Shown: in pieces, positions 1-12,126 of the stretch
Position numbering within the stretch: the stretch's first letter is position 1
How the letters are laid out: each line of letters starts with the position of its first letter
Source: Lepidodermella squamata
Lineage: Eukaryota; Animalia; Gastrotricha
Assembly (NCBI GenBank): GCA_047495785.1
Contig: JBLDXI010000060.1
Span: 248,001 to 312,000, forward strand
Length of the DNA stretch: 64,000 nt
Direction: 5' to 3'
Translations under genes and position numbers: made by a program
Notes under the pieces: generated by a model
Seen by the model: only the letters and a program-made list of their open reading frames with translations
Databases searched by the model: none
What the model was told of the DNA's origin: nothing

Positions 1-1242
1 AATTTTGCGAACAATATTTTTTCGAAATTAATCGTGCATTTTTTTAATTAATTTTTATAAAAACGTTTACCCGAAATACCTGTAACACTTTTTGAAATTA
101 GTCACAAAATAATCAACATGTTTTTAAATTATTTCTAGTTCTCTCATAACAGCAATAAATAACGTTAAAAACGTTAAAAGCAAGCTAATCCTGTTGTTGA
201 CGACATTCGAGTTAATTTTCATATCAAAAATAAATAAAAACAACGATCATTATGACCAGCCCGAGCGCCCAGAAGAATTGAATCGAATTGAAATTGAATT
301 TGAGCTTTTTTGTGAAAAGCATAGCAGCTGGAACGTGTTTTCTGCTACTGAACCCCTATTTGAAAAATGTTGAACCAATTCCAAGTATGCCTCGCTTGGA
401 AGAGCTTATCTTTCAATTTTACATTTCTCACACTAATTAGGTAAACACTGGCATTTTTTCCAAGTTCCAATCAATATCCGTTCCGTTTCTTAACCCGTTT
501 AGACCGGCATCTAGGATTTTAACGCTACGGTCATAATCTTTTCAGGAATTAATGATGGTATCATAAATATGACAAAAAACTTTTGGGTGACCCCACCCCC
601 AACCGTCTCCGAGTTACGCAATGTCCCATTTATGGGACGCTCGGTCATTCTTATAGGCAAATTTAGAAATAACCATATAAATCAGAATTTTGTCATACTA
701 GTGACTCAGGGCGTCAATAAAAGAGTGAGGAATACGAGGGAAACTATCATCATCTCTATCATCATTTTGGGTGAATGAATAAGTCCAGAACGTCCTCAGT
801 GGCCAAATACTGTCAAAAAGATGTCAAATTATGTCAAAAAATGCATTTTAATCGTTTTAAATTCAGGAAAACGCTTCATTTATAATGTATTTGCTGATAT
901 AATCACCTTCGATTGTACCTAAGTGATCCTAATTCTGATTAAAATTCGTTTTCCCATTTTTTACTTTGAACAACGATAACGGTGAAACCATTTTATTTGA
1001 CAAATAATTCGTGCGCTGGTGTCTTGATTAAATCGATCCTTGCATTATTTATTGGCGCACGTTGCAGCTAAAAAACATTTTTTTGAATGGAATATTGATT
1101 GCATTTTGCTGCTAACCTATAAAAACTGCGGAGGCGGATTATCGAACTCTCACCATGGAAGATTTTTGATGAATGTATTTTTATTGTGAACAATTGGTCA
1201 GTGAGTTTTCAATTAAGAATACAACATACAACTTTGGCAAAC

Positions 1243-2154
1243 TCAACCCACATCCTGTGTGTCATTCCTAACAGCCCACTTATACACCGGAGTATTAAAC
1301 ATGATGTTGTTCACATAAGAAGCACAGTACATTTTTGGTGTGTGGTATTTGTTGTACAAGCAGTCGCAGTAGAAACGAGCATTGTCGGAGTAGAGCTCGA
1401 GAAAATCGTTTGAGATAAACGGATCAGCGTGATTTACCATAAACCAACTGTTAAGTGATAGAAAATTTACAATTGATAAATGATACCGAAACTTTAGCGA
1501 ACACTAACTCTTTATAGGCTGCTTTTGGTGGGTATGTCATTTTCAAAGCATCACACGGGCTTAAAGTAGTCGTAGTCGCTTCAGGACCGGCAGGGTGAGA
1601 GAAGATTAGCCCGATTCCGATAGAGCTGAAACCTAGCATGACGAATCCCAACGTGCACACCAAACTCAGGTAAAGAGCGATTTTGTAGGGACCCTTAATG
1701 GCGTTATCTCTGGCGATTTGTTCTGGGCTCCACATGAAAGGCGGTCCTGGTGGAGGGACGTAGTTTTCTGGTTCAACTGCAGTTGGCTTCTTCCAAGCAT
1801 AAACTATTGCTGGGATTGCGCAGCACCAGAGACTGGTGATCAATGAACAAATCGACCAACCTCGTGCGCATGATTTGAGCTGTGAAAGTGACGTAGCTGC
1901 TAGATTGAAGCCATTTCTTCGGGGATAATAGCCATAGCCACCATTAATGATGATCACGCTGAAACGGTATCACATATATTATAAGATCGCAAGGAAAATG
2001 TCATAGTAACACTTTACTTTTGTACTTGCGGAGCGCCCATTGCAGCGCCTGTGTGGCTCCATGGTGGCTGTAAAGCGGGAGTTGAGTAGCTTTGAGTGTA
2101 AATATTTTGCGTTTGCAGGCTCGGCATTCCGTAACCGCCATATCCTTGATACAT
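1243..2154 (-). CDS. CD225/dispanin-like membrane protein with Cys-containing C-terminal extension, copy 1 (exons 2154-2018, 1958-1509, 1447-1243)
   Basis: Hand-spliced through GT-AG introns of 59 and 61 nt: MYQGYGGYGMPSLQ...WSICSLITSLWCCAIPAIVYAWKK...second hydrophobic helix...DWFMVNH...FYCDCLY...YCASY. The CC-containing intramembrane helix resembles CD225. Confidence 0.6.
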
Positions 2155-2656
2155 CGTATCGAATAAGTTTCAAAATTGTTTCGACAGCAGCAAAATTCCG
2201 ACAGGTAAAATACCCTCAGCCCATTCCATCTTGGTGGAGAAACAACTGTTTTCGCACTGTTTTGTTTGAAAACAACTATCGATTTATTACCGCCTATGCG
2301 TGGTAACAAATGCTAAAATCAATTACACATTCGTAGCGAAGCCAATAATTATCGATTGGCCCGATTCTCCTTTCAACCATGGATGACTCCCATTGATGAC
2401 GGAATCTAAGGAGGGGTCCGGGATTCTCATCTGTGATTAGGTTTGCGAATATCCATCCATTTTGAACGCTCGAACCCGGAACCTTCTGATAGAGAAGAAA
2501 GCAATCTGATAGAACAAAGCCTTTGCGTTTGCGTCAAGGTCTTAGGTAAATCTATTCTTGAATTGGAAAACAGGCCGAAGGCAAAATACCAAACTCCAAC
2601 CATCAAAGACGTTCTAGATTAATATAGTTTTTATTGACAGAACTGTGTTGGCAAAT

Positions 2657-3548
2657 TCAACCCAGGCTTAGTGTATCATTCATACGAGCGGCATAATACA
2701 CTTCTGAATTGAACATAACACTGTTCACATAAGAAGCACAGTACATCCTTAGAATGCGATATTTGTCAAAAACGCAGTTGCAGTAGAAGCGGGCGTTGTC
2801 TGAGTAGAGCTCGAGGAAGTCCTTTGAAACATAAGGATCATCGTGATTCACCATCAGCCACCTGATAAACCATAGAAAGTTACAGTTAAAAATTCAAACA
2901 GAAACACTAACTCTTTATAGGCTGCTTTCGGGGGGTATGTCATTAGCAAAGCATCACACGGGCTTAAAGTCGTCGTAGTTCCTTGAGGACCGGCAGGATG
3001 AGAGAGGAAAATACTGAGTCCTGCAGAGGCGAAAGCCAGCATGAAGAATCCCACCGTGCACGCTACACTCAGATAATATGCAGTTTTGTAGGGACTTTTG
3101 ATGGCGGCATCTCTCGCGATTTGTTCCGGAGTCCACATTAACGGCGGTCCAGGCGGCGAGTCGTAGTTTTCTGGCTCAACTGCACTTGGCTTTCTCCAAG
3201 CGTAAACAATAGCAGGGATAGCACAACACCAGAGACCGGTTAATAATGAACAAATAGACCAGCATCGTGCGCAGGCCTTTAGCCTTGGAAGTGGGGTAGC
3301 TGCTAGTTTGAAGTTAGTTCCTTGGTGATGTAAGCCATAACCATAACCGGCATTGACAATTATAACGCTGAAAAAAGCTCGCATTGACATGAAAACATGG
3401 TGATAAAATGTTACTTTTGCGCTTGCGGAGCGCCCATCGCATTAATGTGACTCCATGATGGCTGTATAGCAGGAGTAGCGTACGCTGAGGCGTAAGTATT
3501 GTGGGTTTGCTGGCCTGGCATTGGGCTGCCGCCATATCCTTGATTCAT
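2657..3548 (-). CDS. CD225/dispanin-like membrane protein, copy 2 (3 exons)
   Basis: Same exon phases as copy 1; ATG at 3548 (MNQGYGGSPMPGQ); ORFs 2854-3390 and 2657-2854 align with copy 1. Confidence 0.6.
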
Positions 3549-4083
3549 ATTCGCGAAGCTTTTGATAACTGCGAAATTTGGCTAACCCTTCGCAATTCTT
3601 CAACGCTTGTTCTAGATTTTGAAACATACTACTGTATTCGCAACCCTTTGTTCGAAGTTATATATCGATTTTATATTTTCTACGCATGGTAACAAATGCT
3701 ACTATCAATGAAAAATTAATAGCGATGCACGAAAATATAGATTCTCTTAAAACATCTTTTTCGGTCGTTTTATGGATGACGCCCCTTATTGATGACGAGA
3801 TCTGGGAAGATTTCAGTCTATCATCTTCCAAGACTCGTGCCTGTGATATATGAATGACGGCTGACAACAAGTTTGTCTGAATTTAGCGACAGTGATAGAA
3901 ACAAATACGATAATTTTGAATTGAGTTTCGAGATCGCGATTTCTTCTTCGCTAAGTTCACAAGTAATGTTATCTTTGAATCAGCAGGACTATCTGTAACC
4001 TTGCGACTTTCTTGTGATAAGGCAAGCGAGAGATAAAACTTGATATTGGTGAAGTCGACTTGGTAGCTTATAGATACTGTCTT

Positions 4084-4935
4084 ATGATGGAAGGCGAAGC
4101 CAGAGGAAATGTTCCATCTCAGATGGTTCTACAAACGCGTATGAAATCACCAAGAACAGCTTACAGTTTTCACACCACCTCTTTTTACAGCTAGAGCGAA
4201 GAATTTCCCAATATGCAAGCCGTGTTTCTACCAAAATATCAGAGAGGACATCCCTCCTCGCCACCGATTAGCTGTTCAGCTTGCTTACGCAACATGGATG
4301 GGTAAATTTTCACCATAACAGACCGCAACAGACCGCAACTCCTCGCCATGTTTTCTGTCGACCAGGCTTGATATTCTATTTTCTGCTTACATTGATTGTC
4401 ATCATTTCCGCATGGCTGGTTATTGGACCTAATGATCAGGACTACACAAGCATCGCTGTGACGAGTCTTCTGATCAACATCGTTGAGACTCTGATCTTAG
4501 TCCCGCTTAACTATGTTCTGTGGTTTCGAGCTGTGTATCGCGGCTTCCGACAGAGCGGTGGGAATAACATGAATTTCTGCCTCTACTTTGTTACTTCATT
4601 CGCTTTCATCATCATTCTCGGCTTCGATATAGCTGGATTCGAACACTTCTCACCGTAAGCTATAAAAATATTGTCAATATTTTAAGGATAATTCATTTTG
4701 TAGGGGATTTATGAGTGGGCTCGATCTAATGAAGTCTACACGAATCGACTTTGTCCTCGTGGGAGCTGCTATGGTAACCTCGGCAACTTTTGGCTCAATT
4801 GTTGTGCTAGCTATCATCGTGCTATTCGTTAAAATTTTCCTGACTTTCCTTTCATCTGGTGCTGATTTAAATGCCCAAGCTCGTTCAGCGGGCGAAGATT
4901 TACGGGCTACAATTACAGAATTCGACGATAATTAA
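4084..4935 (+). CDS. SCAMP-family secretory carrier membrane protein, short form without NPF repeats
   Basis: Spliced translation gives KNFPICKPCFYQNIREDIP and LWFRAVYRGFR..NF, matching the SCAMP PCFY and E-peptide (WFRPxYKAFR) motifs; four hydrophobic segments; AATAAA at ~4940. Confidence 0.8.
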
Positions 4936-5096
4936 TATAAATAAAAACAACTTGTTTGTGAGATCAATTTACGTCACTGGGTTAAACACCCTTATCAGCG
5001 TGGGACACTCCGCCATGACTGCTCCAGAGCCCAGGCTGATTAGTATTAAGGTGACTGATAGATGCATTTATTGTATTAATTAAAGGCTTTAACAAG

Positions 5097-5507
5097 ATGG
5101 CGCGACTTTTTCTTGTTGCTGTTCTCGCAATTAGCCTAGGAATAAGCGGTAGGTATTACCATTCCACACCTTCTAATTTGAAAAATTGTTGTTGCATTTC
5201 AGATGGTTTAAAGTGTTGGGTAGGTTTGGATACGTTCACTCAAGCTGATGGCTGTGTTTGGTGCGAAAAAGTGAAGGCGACTTATCAAAGTTTTACCGCA
5301 GTCGAAAAGTCCTGCTACGACGAGCACAATTTCCCGCCAAACGCGACGAATTCTTGTCAGAAAATCGAAGTGAAAGGCATCCGGAATACTATATGCCTCT
5401 GCAATGACGTCGATCTATGTAACCATACAGCAACGCTTCAAACTAGCTTTATTATTGTGATATCAACTTGTTTATTGAAAATCCTCCTTAATATCATAAA
5501 GTGTTAG
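5097..5507 (+). CDS. Ly6/uPAR three-finger (Quiver/Sleepless-like) protein, probably GPI-anchored
   Basis: Signal peptide, 54-nt phase-1 intron, LKCWVG...CVWCEK...KSC...SC...CLCNDVDLCN, then a hydrophobic C-terminus. Confidence 0.85.
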   Translation: MARLFLVAVLAISLGISGRYYHSTPSNLKNCCCISDGLKCWVGLDTFTQADGCVWCEKVKATYQSFTAVEKSCYDEHNFPPNATNSCQKIEVKGIRNTICLCNDVDLCNHTATLQTSFIIVISTCLLKILLNIIKC

Positions 5508-5527
5508 AATAAACGGCTATGTTGTAC

Positions 5528-6100
5528 CTACAAGACTTTGATAACTGGCGGCATTTTGAAAATGAATGGCCGTGACTTGACAAAAATCGTGCGCCAAGCC
5601 GTGCAGAACCCAACCAGTGAAGCGCTGCCAACGCCAAGTACAGGCAAAACAATGAAAAGAAGCCGTTCTTTGCGTTGATAGCGGCTCAGACCAGCTAGGT
5701 AAGTGTCGTTTTGCACGATAACTTTGACGAGGATGAGAATGGACAGGACAAAGACGATTAGGCAAATGAGGAGCCCGCAGCTGCAACCCAGGAAGCTTTT
5801 GTTGACCGGCGAGCCTTGAAGGATGACTTCAAACGGCTTGCGACATCGCTCGCACGTCAGATCGATTTCTTTCTTCGCCGCTTTCTGCGCCTTGATGTAC
5901 TTCTCGAAGCATTTCTGATGCGTGTATTTTAGTGAAAAGTCGGTACACGCGCAGATGCTGCCGTACAGGCTGTCGTTGAGCAAGCCACTCATCGGCCGTT
6001 TCTGGCAGAATCGGCAGATTGGAAGCGTAGCATGTTTGTTGCCCAGCAGAGGCGCCACGTCGCCAGCAGTTGAATCTGTAACGTCGATTGATGGCATCAT
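5528..6100 (-). CDS. MARCH-type RING-CH (RINGv) membrane E3 ubiquitin ligase
   Basis: C4HC3 pattern CRFC...CAC...HQKC...CERC followed by two TM helices; single exon. Confidence 0.85.
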   Translation of the reverse strand: MMPSIDVTDSTAGDVAPLLGNKHATLPICRFCQKRPMSGLLNDSLYGSICACTDFSLKYTHQKCFEKYIKAQKAAKKEIDLTCERCRKPFEVILQGSPVNKSFLGCSCGLLICLIVFVLSILILVKVIVQNDTYLAGLSRYQRKERLLFIVLPVLGVGSASLVGFCTAWRTIFVKSRPFIFKMPPVIKVL

Positions 6101-6437
6101 TCAAGTTGTTTTTCAGGCAAAAGCAATGTCGCGATGAGTCAATAGGTGAAGTTGATGGGTGGATGGTTAAAATAATATCCGGCTAATATCGAGGATGCCA
6201 CTAGGCTAGTGGCGAAGAATTTCCGGGAAGGAAAAGCCGTTATTAGCAATATTGAGAAGCTGCGACTAGATTTTCAGTGCATTATGGCGAAGTTATGAGC
6301 TAAGATGAGCTGAATTTCACATAAGAGCGATAGCCTAATGCGAGTTTGGCACACATTAGCAGAGCGTAGACATTTTCTCACAACGAAAGAGTTACGTTAT
6401 GTTAACAACAGCAAAAACAGAGGCGATTCAAAATAGC

Positions 6438-7071
6438 TTAATAACTTGATGTGGTAGTTTCGTCCCGGGCAATTTTCAAAATTGTGGGAATATTTGCTGC
6501 CACAGGAATGCAGAACAAAATGAAAATTATTGTTGCCGCCATGCTGAGAGCCCAGGCACACTTGTATGGCGCTCTGATTCTAGTCTCCTCGTCGTGCTGC
6601 TGCGGGGTCCAAAACAACACCGGTGTATTCGGAGGCACATAGCCCTCTTCTCCGACTGCATCTCGTCTCCTCCAAGCGAGAATTACGGCGGGGATAGCGA
6701 GAAACAGAATGCCGGTGAACATGGCGCAAATGGACCATCCTCTTGCACACGATCTCAACCTGGCGACTGAAAATGATTCGCAACAATTAGCACTTGCTCT
6801 GTACCTAGAATCTATAACAACGAAACTGGAAAAAACTCATGATAGGCTGTAGAGAGAAAGCGTGTTCATCAAACTTTTGAACTGGGGCCGTATTGCTGTA
6901 ATAAATAGGCTGCGTCGATATTATCGGGATTTGTGATGGCGCTTGCATGTAGCCATGATTGCTATAGTTATTGATTGGTGGGTATGAGCCGTATTGATTT
7001 TGAAAGCCAGGAGGTTGAGCCCATGTCTTCTGACCATCGTTATAGTTCGGGGATGGTGTCTGACTGATCAT
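6438..7071 (-). CDS. CD225/dispanin-like protein, short form without the C-terminal extension (2 exons)
   Basis: Pro/Gln/Tyr-rich N-terminus; probable intron 6836-6767; RSCARGWSICAMFTGILFLAIPAVILAW aligns with copies 1 and 2; stops shortly after TM2 (TTTSSY). Confidence 0.6.
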
Positions 7072-8224
7072 TTTATTGTGCGCGAAAGTGGAACAAATTT
7101 TGTAAAATACAAAATTATCAAATCCAAGGTGGGTTTAAGAAAACCAACCAAGCATAACGCTGTTTTTACGTTGGCGTTGAAATGAATAATTAATAGCAAC
7201 CTAAATAACTTGGCGCACCTAAGCGACTGCAATGAAGAATCGATACAGCGGTGTTGCAGGAGCGGGGGTGCGCCCACTATAATTTGATTGTGATAAGAAC
7301 GATCCTTCTGAACCCTGGAGAGACCAATTGTCGTTGGACGGTTTACTGTCGGTCGGCCTTCGAATGCTTTGGAATTCAAAATTGCCCCGCCATGCGTACC
7401 GACAAGCGATTTGTGTTTATTTGAGATCTAAAGCCTTGATAATGATATCCGCAAGAGAACCCTTGTCCTCCCCACAAGACCCCTGCAACTATAGAGGAAA
7501 TCATGAGGTGCATTTATTTTGATTGATACCACGCCGAGTGTTGGTATTTTGCGCCCCGGCACCTCGTGTGACTCGTGAGATAACGAACGGCATAGCCTAA
7601 TTACTCTTCTCATCGATGTTCAGCATTCTCTCCTGATCACACATTTTCATCGATCTCTGACAAACTGGTTTTGCAGACAGCCGACAGGCGTAAATATGGA
7701 ATCAATCAACTACCCTATAATTTTGCGGATGACCCAAAAGTCCAGCATTTTCCCCCAGAATTACGAATTCTCTTTATTAATCATTAGTTAGGGAGCGCTC
7801 CTACCCTGTGGGAGGCTGTATCAAACGGTGTTTCAGATTTCAGTGTTGCAAATCAAGGTTCGCAGCTCACGAGCTGCCCGTCAACCCCGCCAAAAATGCG
7901 GACAGCGGCAATAGACAAACGATAAAAAGATATTTTTGGTTGAGAAATTTCCGCTGTAGAAGGGATATAAGCTGTCCTCGTTCATGTACAAGATTATTAC
8001 TGTATTCGGTTTTTCGAATCCCCATCTATTTAATACCATCTGGATTTTAGACATAAAGCCTATTTTTGTTTTTCTCATTTCCCCTATTTCATTTCATCAT
8101 TCGATCGATTAAATGATCAATTGAAACACGAGTTGTGTTGTCCAAGAACAAATAGAAGAGAAGAGTCTGGTCGTTATTGCAAAACGATTGCGAATCGGCA
8201 AGCTCGTTGCAGTGTTGTAGAGCC

Positions 8225-9513
8225 ATGTTCAAATTATACTCGATTGTTCTATTTTTGAAAATAGCCAGCGCAGAATACGTGCCCGAGGAGCTAACTTTTA
8301 GGAACGAAATTGTTGAGAGATGCAAACTTGACCAAAATATTCGCCCTGTTTTACACTTCAATGAGACCCTTCTGCTGAACGCTTCTTTCGTCGCCTATCG
8401 ATTCTGCGGGATAGGAACACAAGAGGAATGGTAAGACATTTTCGAAGATTGTATGTGCGAATAACGTGCGATCATAGGCTTTGCGTTGTTGGAGAGGTTT
8501 GGATGGAGTGGAATCATCCGTGTGCTTAATGGGACGGCTCTAATACAAACGTTGAATGGATTGAAATGCGAGGCAGTGAAACCTGGTTCCCTCTCATCAT
8601 GCATTACAACAACTGGGATGATATGGGATACATGGACACGTGAGTCACTATACATTGCTATGATCTATGATGCATAAGGAACAGAATTCCATTTTAATCA
8701 GTGTTGCGCAAGGAGGAGTCGTAAATTACAATAAAAATGGGCACGTCGAGATGGTCAGCATTGCAATGTTTCAATCATTCTGTGAACTTGAGTAAGGCAC
8801 TTTTTTTAAGCTATCCATACCTTTAGTCCTTCATTCAAAATACTAGCGTTATCAAATTCCCATTTGACGAGCAAAATTGTTCGGTAAGACTGGACTCGTT
8901 TTACGGGTTGAATCAAGTCGATATGCGCCTCAGTGCCGACCCATTACGTTTCGATAATTACGGCAGTTTCACGACCAGCATGGACATGTGGTATTTGGTC
9001 GCTAGCTACGCTGAAAGGCACGAAAGTGAGGACGATTATAAAGCGAAATACGCCAACGTCAAATTCGTCTTCACAATGCGTCGCAAACCAGCGAGTTACA
9101 TCGTCATTATTTTCATCCCGAATCTGTGTCTAATCCTGCTTCTACTTTCGTCCGGCTTCATGCCGCCCGAAAACCCGGATCGGCCGACTTACTGCATCAC
9201 AGTGGTGCTGGCCTACACAGTGGCCTACTCGACAGTCAGCTCGTTGATTCCTGGTTCGGCTGCTGTTCCGCATATCATTGTATTCATAACGCATCAGCTG
9301 GTCATAAGTACGCTGTGCTCGATCTACTGTTTAATCGCCTGTGATTTGGCAACGCGCGAGACATTCCATCGCCAGAAAACCATACCACTTTATGGTAAAA
9401 ACAGACATTTCAGCATCTCCGTCATTCGACTGATGGATGCGATATTCTTCGGAGTTTTGACGTCAGTTGACTTTATTTTAGCCGTGCTGTTTGTCTTGGT
9501 CATAACTGGGTGA
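8225..9513 (+). pseudogene. Divergent Cys-loop ligand-gated ion channel subunit (LGIC1) with an in-frame premature stop
   Basis: 4 exons; Cys-loop CELDVIKFPFDEQNC; four TMs. Exon 2 reads CCG TGT GCT TAA TGG (TAA at 8527-8529) where paralog LGIC2 has AGG. Confidence 0.75.
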
Positions 9514-9865
9514 TCGAATTTCAATAAATCCCTCAAAAACACGGGCTTAATTCATAGTCACATTTATTCATGGAGACATTTAACATGTTTGCATGATGAT
9601 TCAGCAAAGCGAGAGCTCGATCAGCTTTCTGCTGACTGACGTGAATGCCAAATTGATTGACCGCATAATAATTTTCGGAATGTCCGTGTCAGTCCTGCAT
9701 TCATTTCGGATTAAGTATCAGCTATCCCCATTTTTATTTACTGATTAATGTATTTTATTGGTTGACAAACTAGCTTGGATGTGTGTTCATGGAATTATTA
9801 ATTAGGAAATCGGTTTGTAATGCCATTTTCGATATAGACGTTTCTCAATGATAAGGCCCTGAATG

Positions 9866-10903
9866 GAAGATTACCACTGTCGGCCTGCGGCCTTTGACAG
9901 TTGACGGGGAACTCCGTGACTTTGTCAAGCACGCGGGCGCGTCTGACTTTAAACAGGCATAACCTACGTATAACCTTTTCGTTCACACCCATGATCCATG
10001 ATGGTTGACTTGACATTAGGGTCCATATCACGCATCTTATCAAGTTACATAGTAGCCGGGGCTTTTATTTGAGATGGGCTTGCAAGTCAATGTATCGTTG
10101 CTCAGGAGGCTTCAATTCAAGATGAGCTACAAATCACGAATTCGCAAGTATTTGAACATTTACGTGTTAGTCATATTTGCTTACTCAGTAAAAATAGAGC
10201 GCATACGTTACGTAAGGGTTTTTACCAAACTTGAGCGGGTCCGTTGCTAGGGAACGTGCTACCACCGCTAGTCGCAGGCCAAAAGTTGCCATGTCACACA
10301 AACCGAAAAACAGTACGAATTGCATGTGCCCGGGAGACTTTTCATAGGAGGATTGAAACAGGTGATAGACGACTGATGACGCCATGTTACAAGAGTTAGC
10401 ATGTTGTGCGCCGAAGTCGTGCGCACAACTGCACGCGGCATGCAGTGGTAACACTGCACATTTTCTACTGGCACACCTTAATCCTGCTGAAAATGGGGTT
10501 TATTTTTTTATCACTCCCTACAGATGCCTTTTGACGACCTGTGCACCGACTGAACGACTCGCGACAACTCGAGTTCCTCGTCACTCTCATTTTTTATTGA
10601 TACTTACTAATCCTCCTTGTACAAACATACACACCTGCGGCAATCTTGAACACGCCTTTTACATCTTCAGTAATAAGAATAAGCAATAATCGATGGTTGT
10701 GAGACAGTTGGATAGTCTGTTTTTTGTACGTACACCACTATCCTCCTTGACGACACGCCTAACAACGGAATACAGCCTGCATCGGGTAACTGTGACTACA
10801 CCGCTATCCTTTTTAGATGCCCCACTATCCTCCTCGACGACCGACAGACCGACAGACCGACAGACCGAACACGACCTACTACAACGGGAGTTCCCCGTCA
10901 TAA
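9866..10903 (-). mobile_element. Non-autonomous Helentron-type element (HINE/DINE-1-like)
   Basis: 14-bp subterminal inverted repeats TGACGGGGAACTCC (9902-9915 and 10887-10900); (GTCG/GTCT)n microsatellite near the 5' end (~10839-10868); 3' stem-loop ACTGTC..GGCC-GCA-GGCC..GACAGT (9876-9901); no TSD. Confidence 0.7.
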
Positions 10904-10996
10904 TTTACGTTTCATGAATTGGAAAACAAATTATTGTTTGGCTCTTGGGTCTATGCAACGTCTTTTGCAATGTGCATGACACTGGCTTTAGCATGT

Positions 10997-11184
10997 TCAA
11001 CCCAGGTTCGGTGTGTTGTTCCTACAAGCGGAATAATACACTTCTGAATTGAACATAATGTTGTTCACATAAGGAGCACAGTACATCCTGAGAATGCGAT
11101 ATTTGTCAAAAACGCAGTTTCAGTAGGAGCGGGTCTGAGTAGAGCTCAAGGAAATCCTTTGAGACATAAGGATCGGCGTGAATC
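10997..11184 (-). pseudogene. Orphan decayed last exon of the dispanin-like family
   Basis: Aligns with 2657-2850 but carries a small deletion (gcggg^tctgag) and has no upstream exons. Confidence 0.75.
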
Positions 11185-11240
11185 GTGAATGAAGCATGAT
11201 TAAAGCAACGGCATGATGTGGTAAACGAACATTATTCGAA

Positions 11241-11779
11241 ATTACGATGAAATTCGAGAAGGTTGATTCAACGTAGTTCGTTTGTAATGGTTATGACAAA
11301 GACAAGGGCCAGGTTCCACGTTGATAACGTCTCATTTCAAAAGTGCATTGTCTGAGTTTTCTAAGCCTTGCATCGCAAGAGAAACCTTCAACTGATAAGT
11401 CACAGGAACTTCGGTAAAGCAGGCATTTTGTGAAGGGAGCTTGAACAGCCCCTAGTTTTTCGATAGTAATCAGAGAGTAGGTACGGTGAGTAGATTGGGA
11501 GTCGTTTTAGATATTACTCAAACTCAATTATATCTGGGGCAGCTCGTCAGTGTTCCATTCATTATAGTAAAGTTTCCGGTGCCATTTCAATGACATTCGA
11601 AAATTTAACCCAGATCCCGTGTATCATTCCTAACGGCCCACTTATCCACCGGAGTATTGAACATGATGTTGTTCACGTATGAAGCACAGTATCTCGTCGG
11701 ATTGTGGTATTTGTTGTAAAGGCAGTCGCAGTAGAAGCGGGCGTTGTCCGAGTAGAGCTCGAGAAAATCGTTCGAGATG
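11241..11779 (+). repeat. 539-bp direct repeat, left copy, abutting the 3' LTR
   Basis: Identical by eye to 20735-21273; contains the 3' end of dispanin-like copy 4. Confidence 0.95.
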
Positions 11780-11972
11780 TGTAATATCCGGCACGGTACG
11801 GATACCACACGGGTTCGATATAAAGAGTAAATAACAGTCAGGCAGAAATGATCCAAAACTCCTCATTTTATTGTTATTGTGTTTCAGTATTTATACTGCG
11901 GCACGCAGGCCGCTTATTGGTTGGTATGCGGACCAATCGCGCTCGACTTGCGTGTCGCGCGTCCGCATAGCA
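11780..11972 (-). repeat. 3' LTR (193 bp)
   Basis: TGCTATG...ATTACA on the minus strand; preceded by a short purine tract GGGGAATG (11973-11980). Confidence 0.95.
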
Positions 11973-12126
11973 CATTCCCCAGGTGAAATAGTGCTTTACT
12001 CCTGGAAAGCGGGAAAAGCGAAAGGAGTGTAACGGCAAGAGAAAAATTCGAAAATGATATTGTGAGAGAATTTACAATAAATACGATCACTGGTAAATAT
12101 ATATACAAACTTCGTGATTTTGATTT

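Noticed and set aside
250-660. piggyBac-like TTAACCCGTTTAGACC at ~490 and palindrome GTCCCATTTATGGGAC
   Set aside because: No matching second TIR or TTAA found; at most a decayed fragment.
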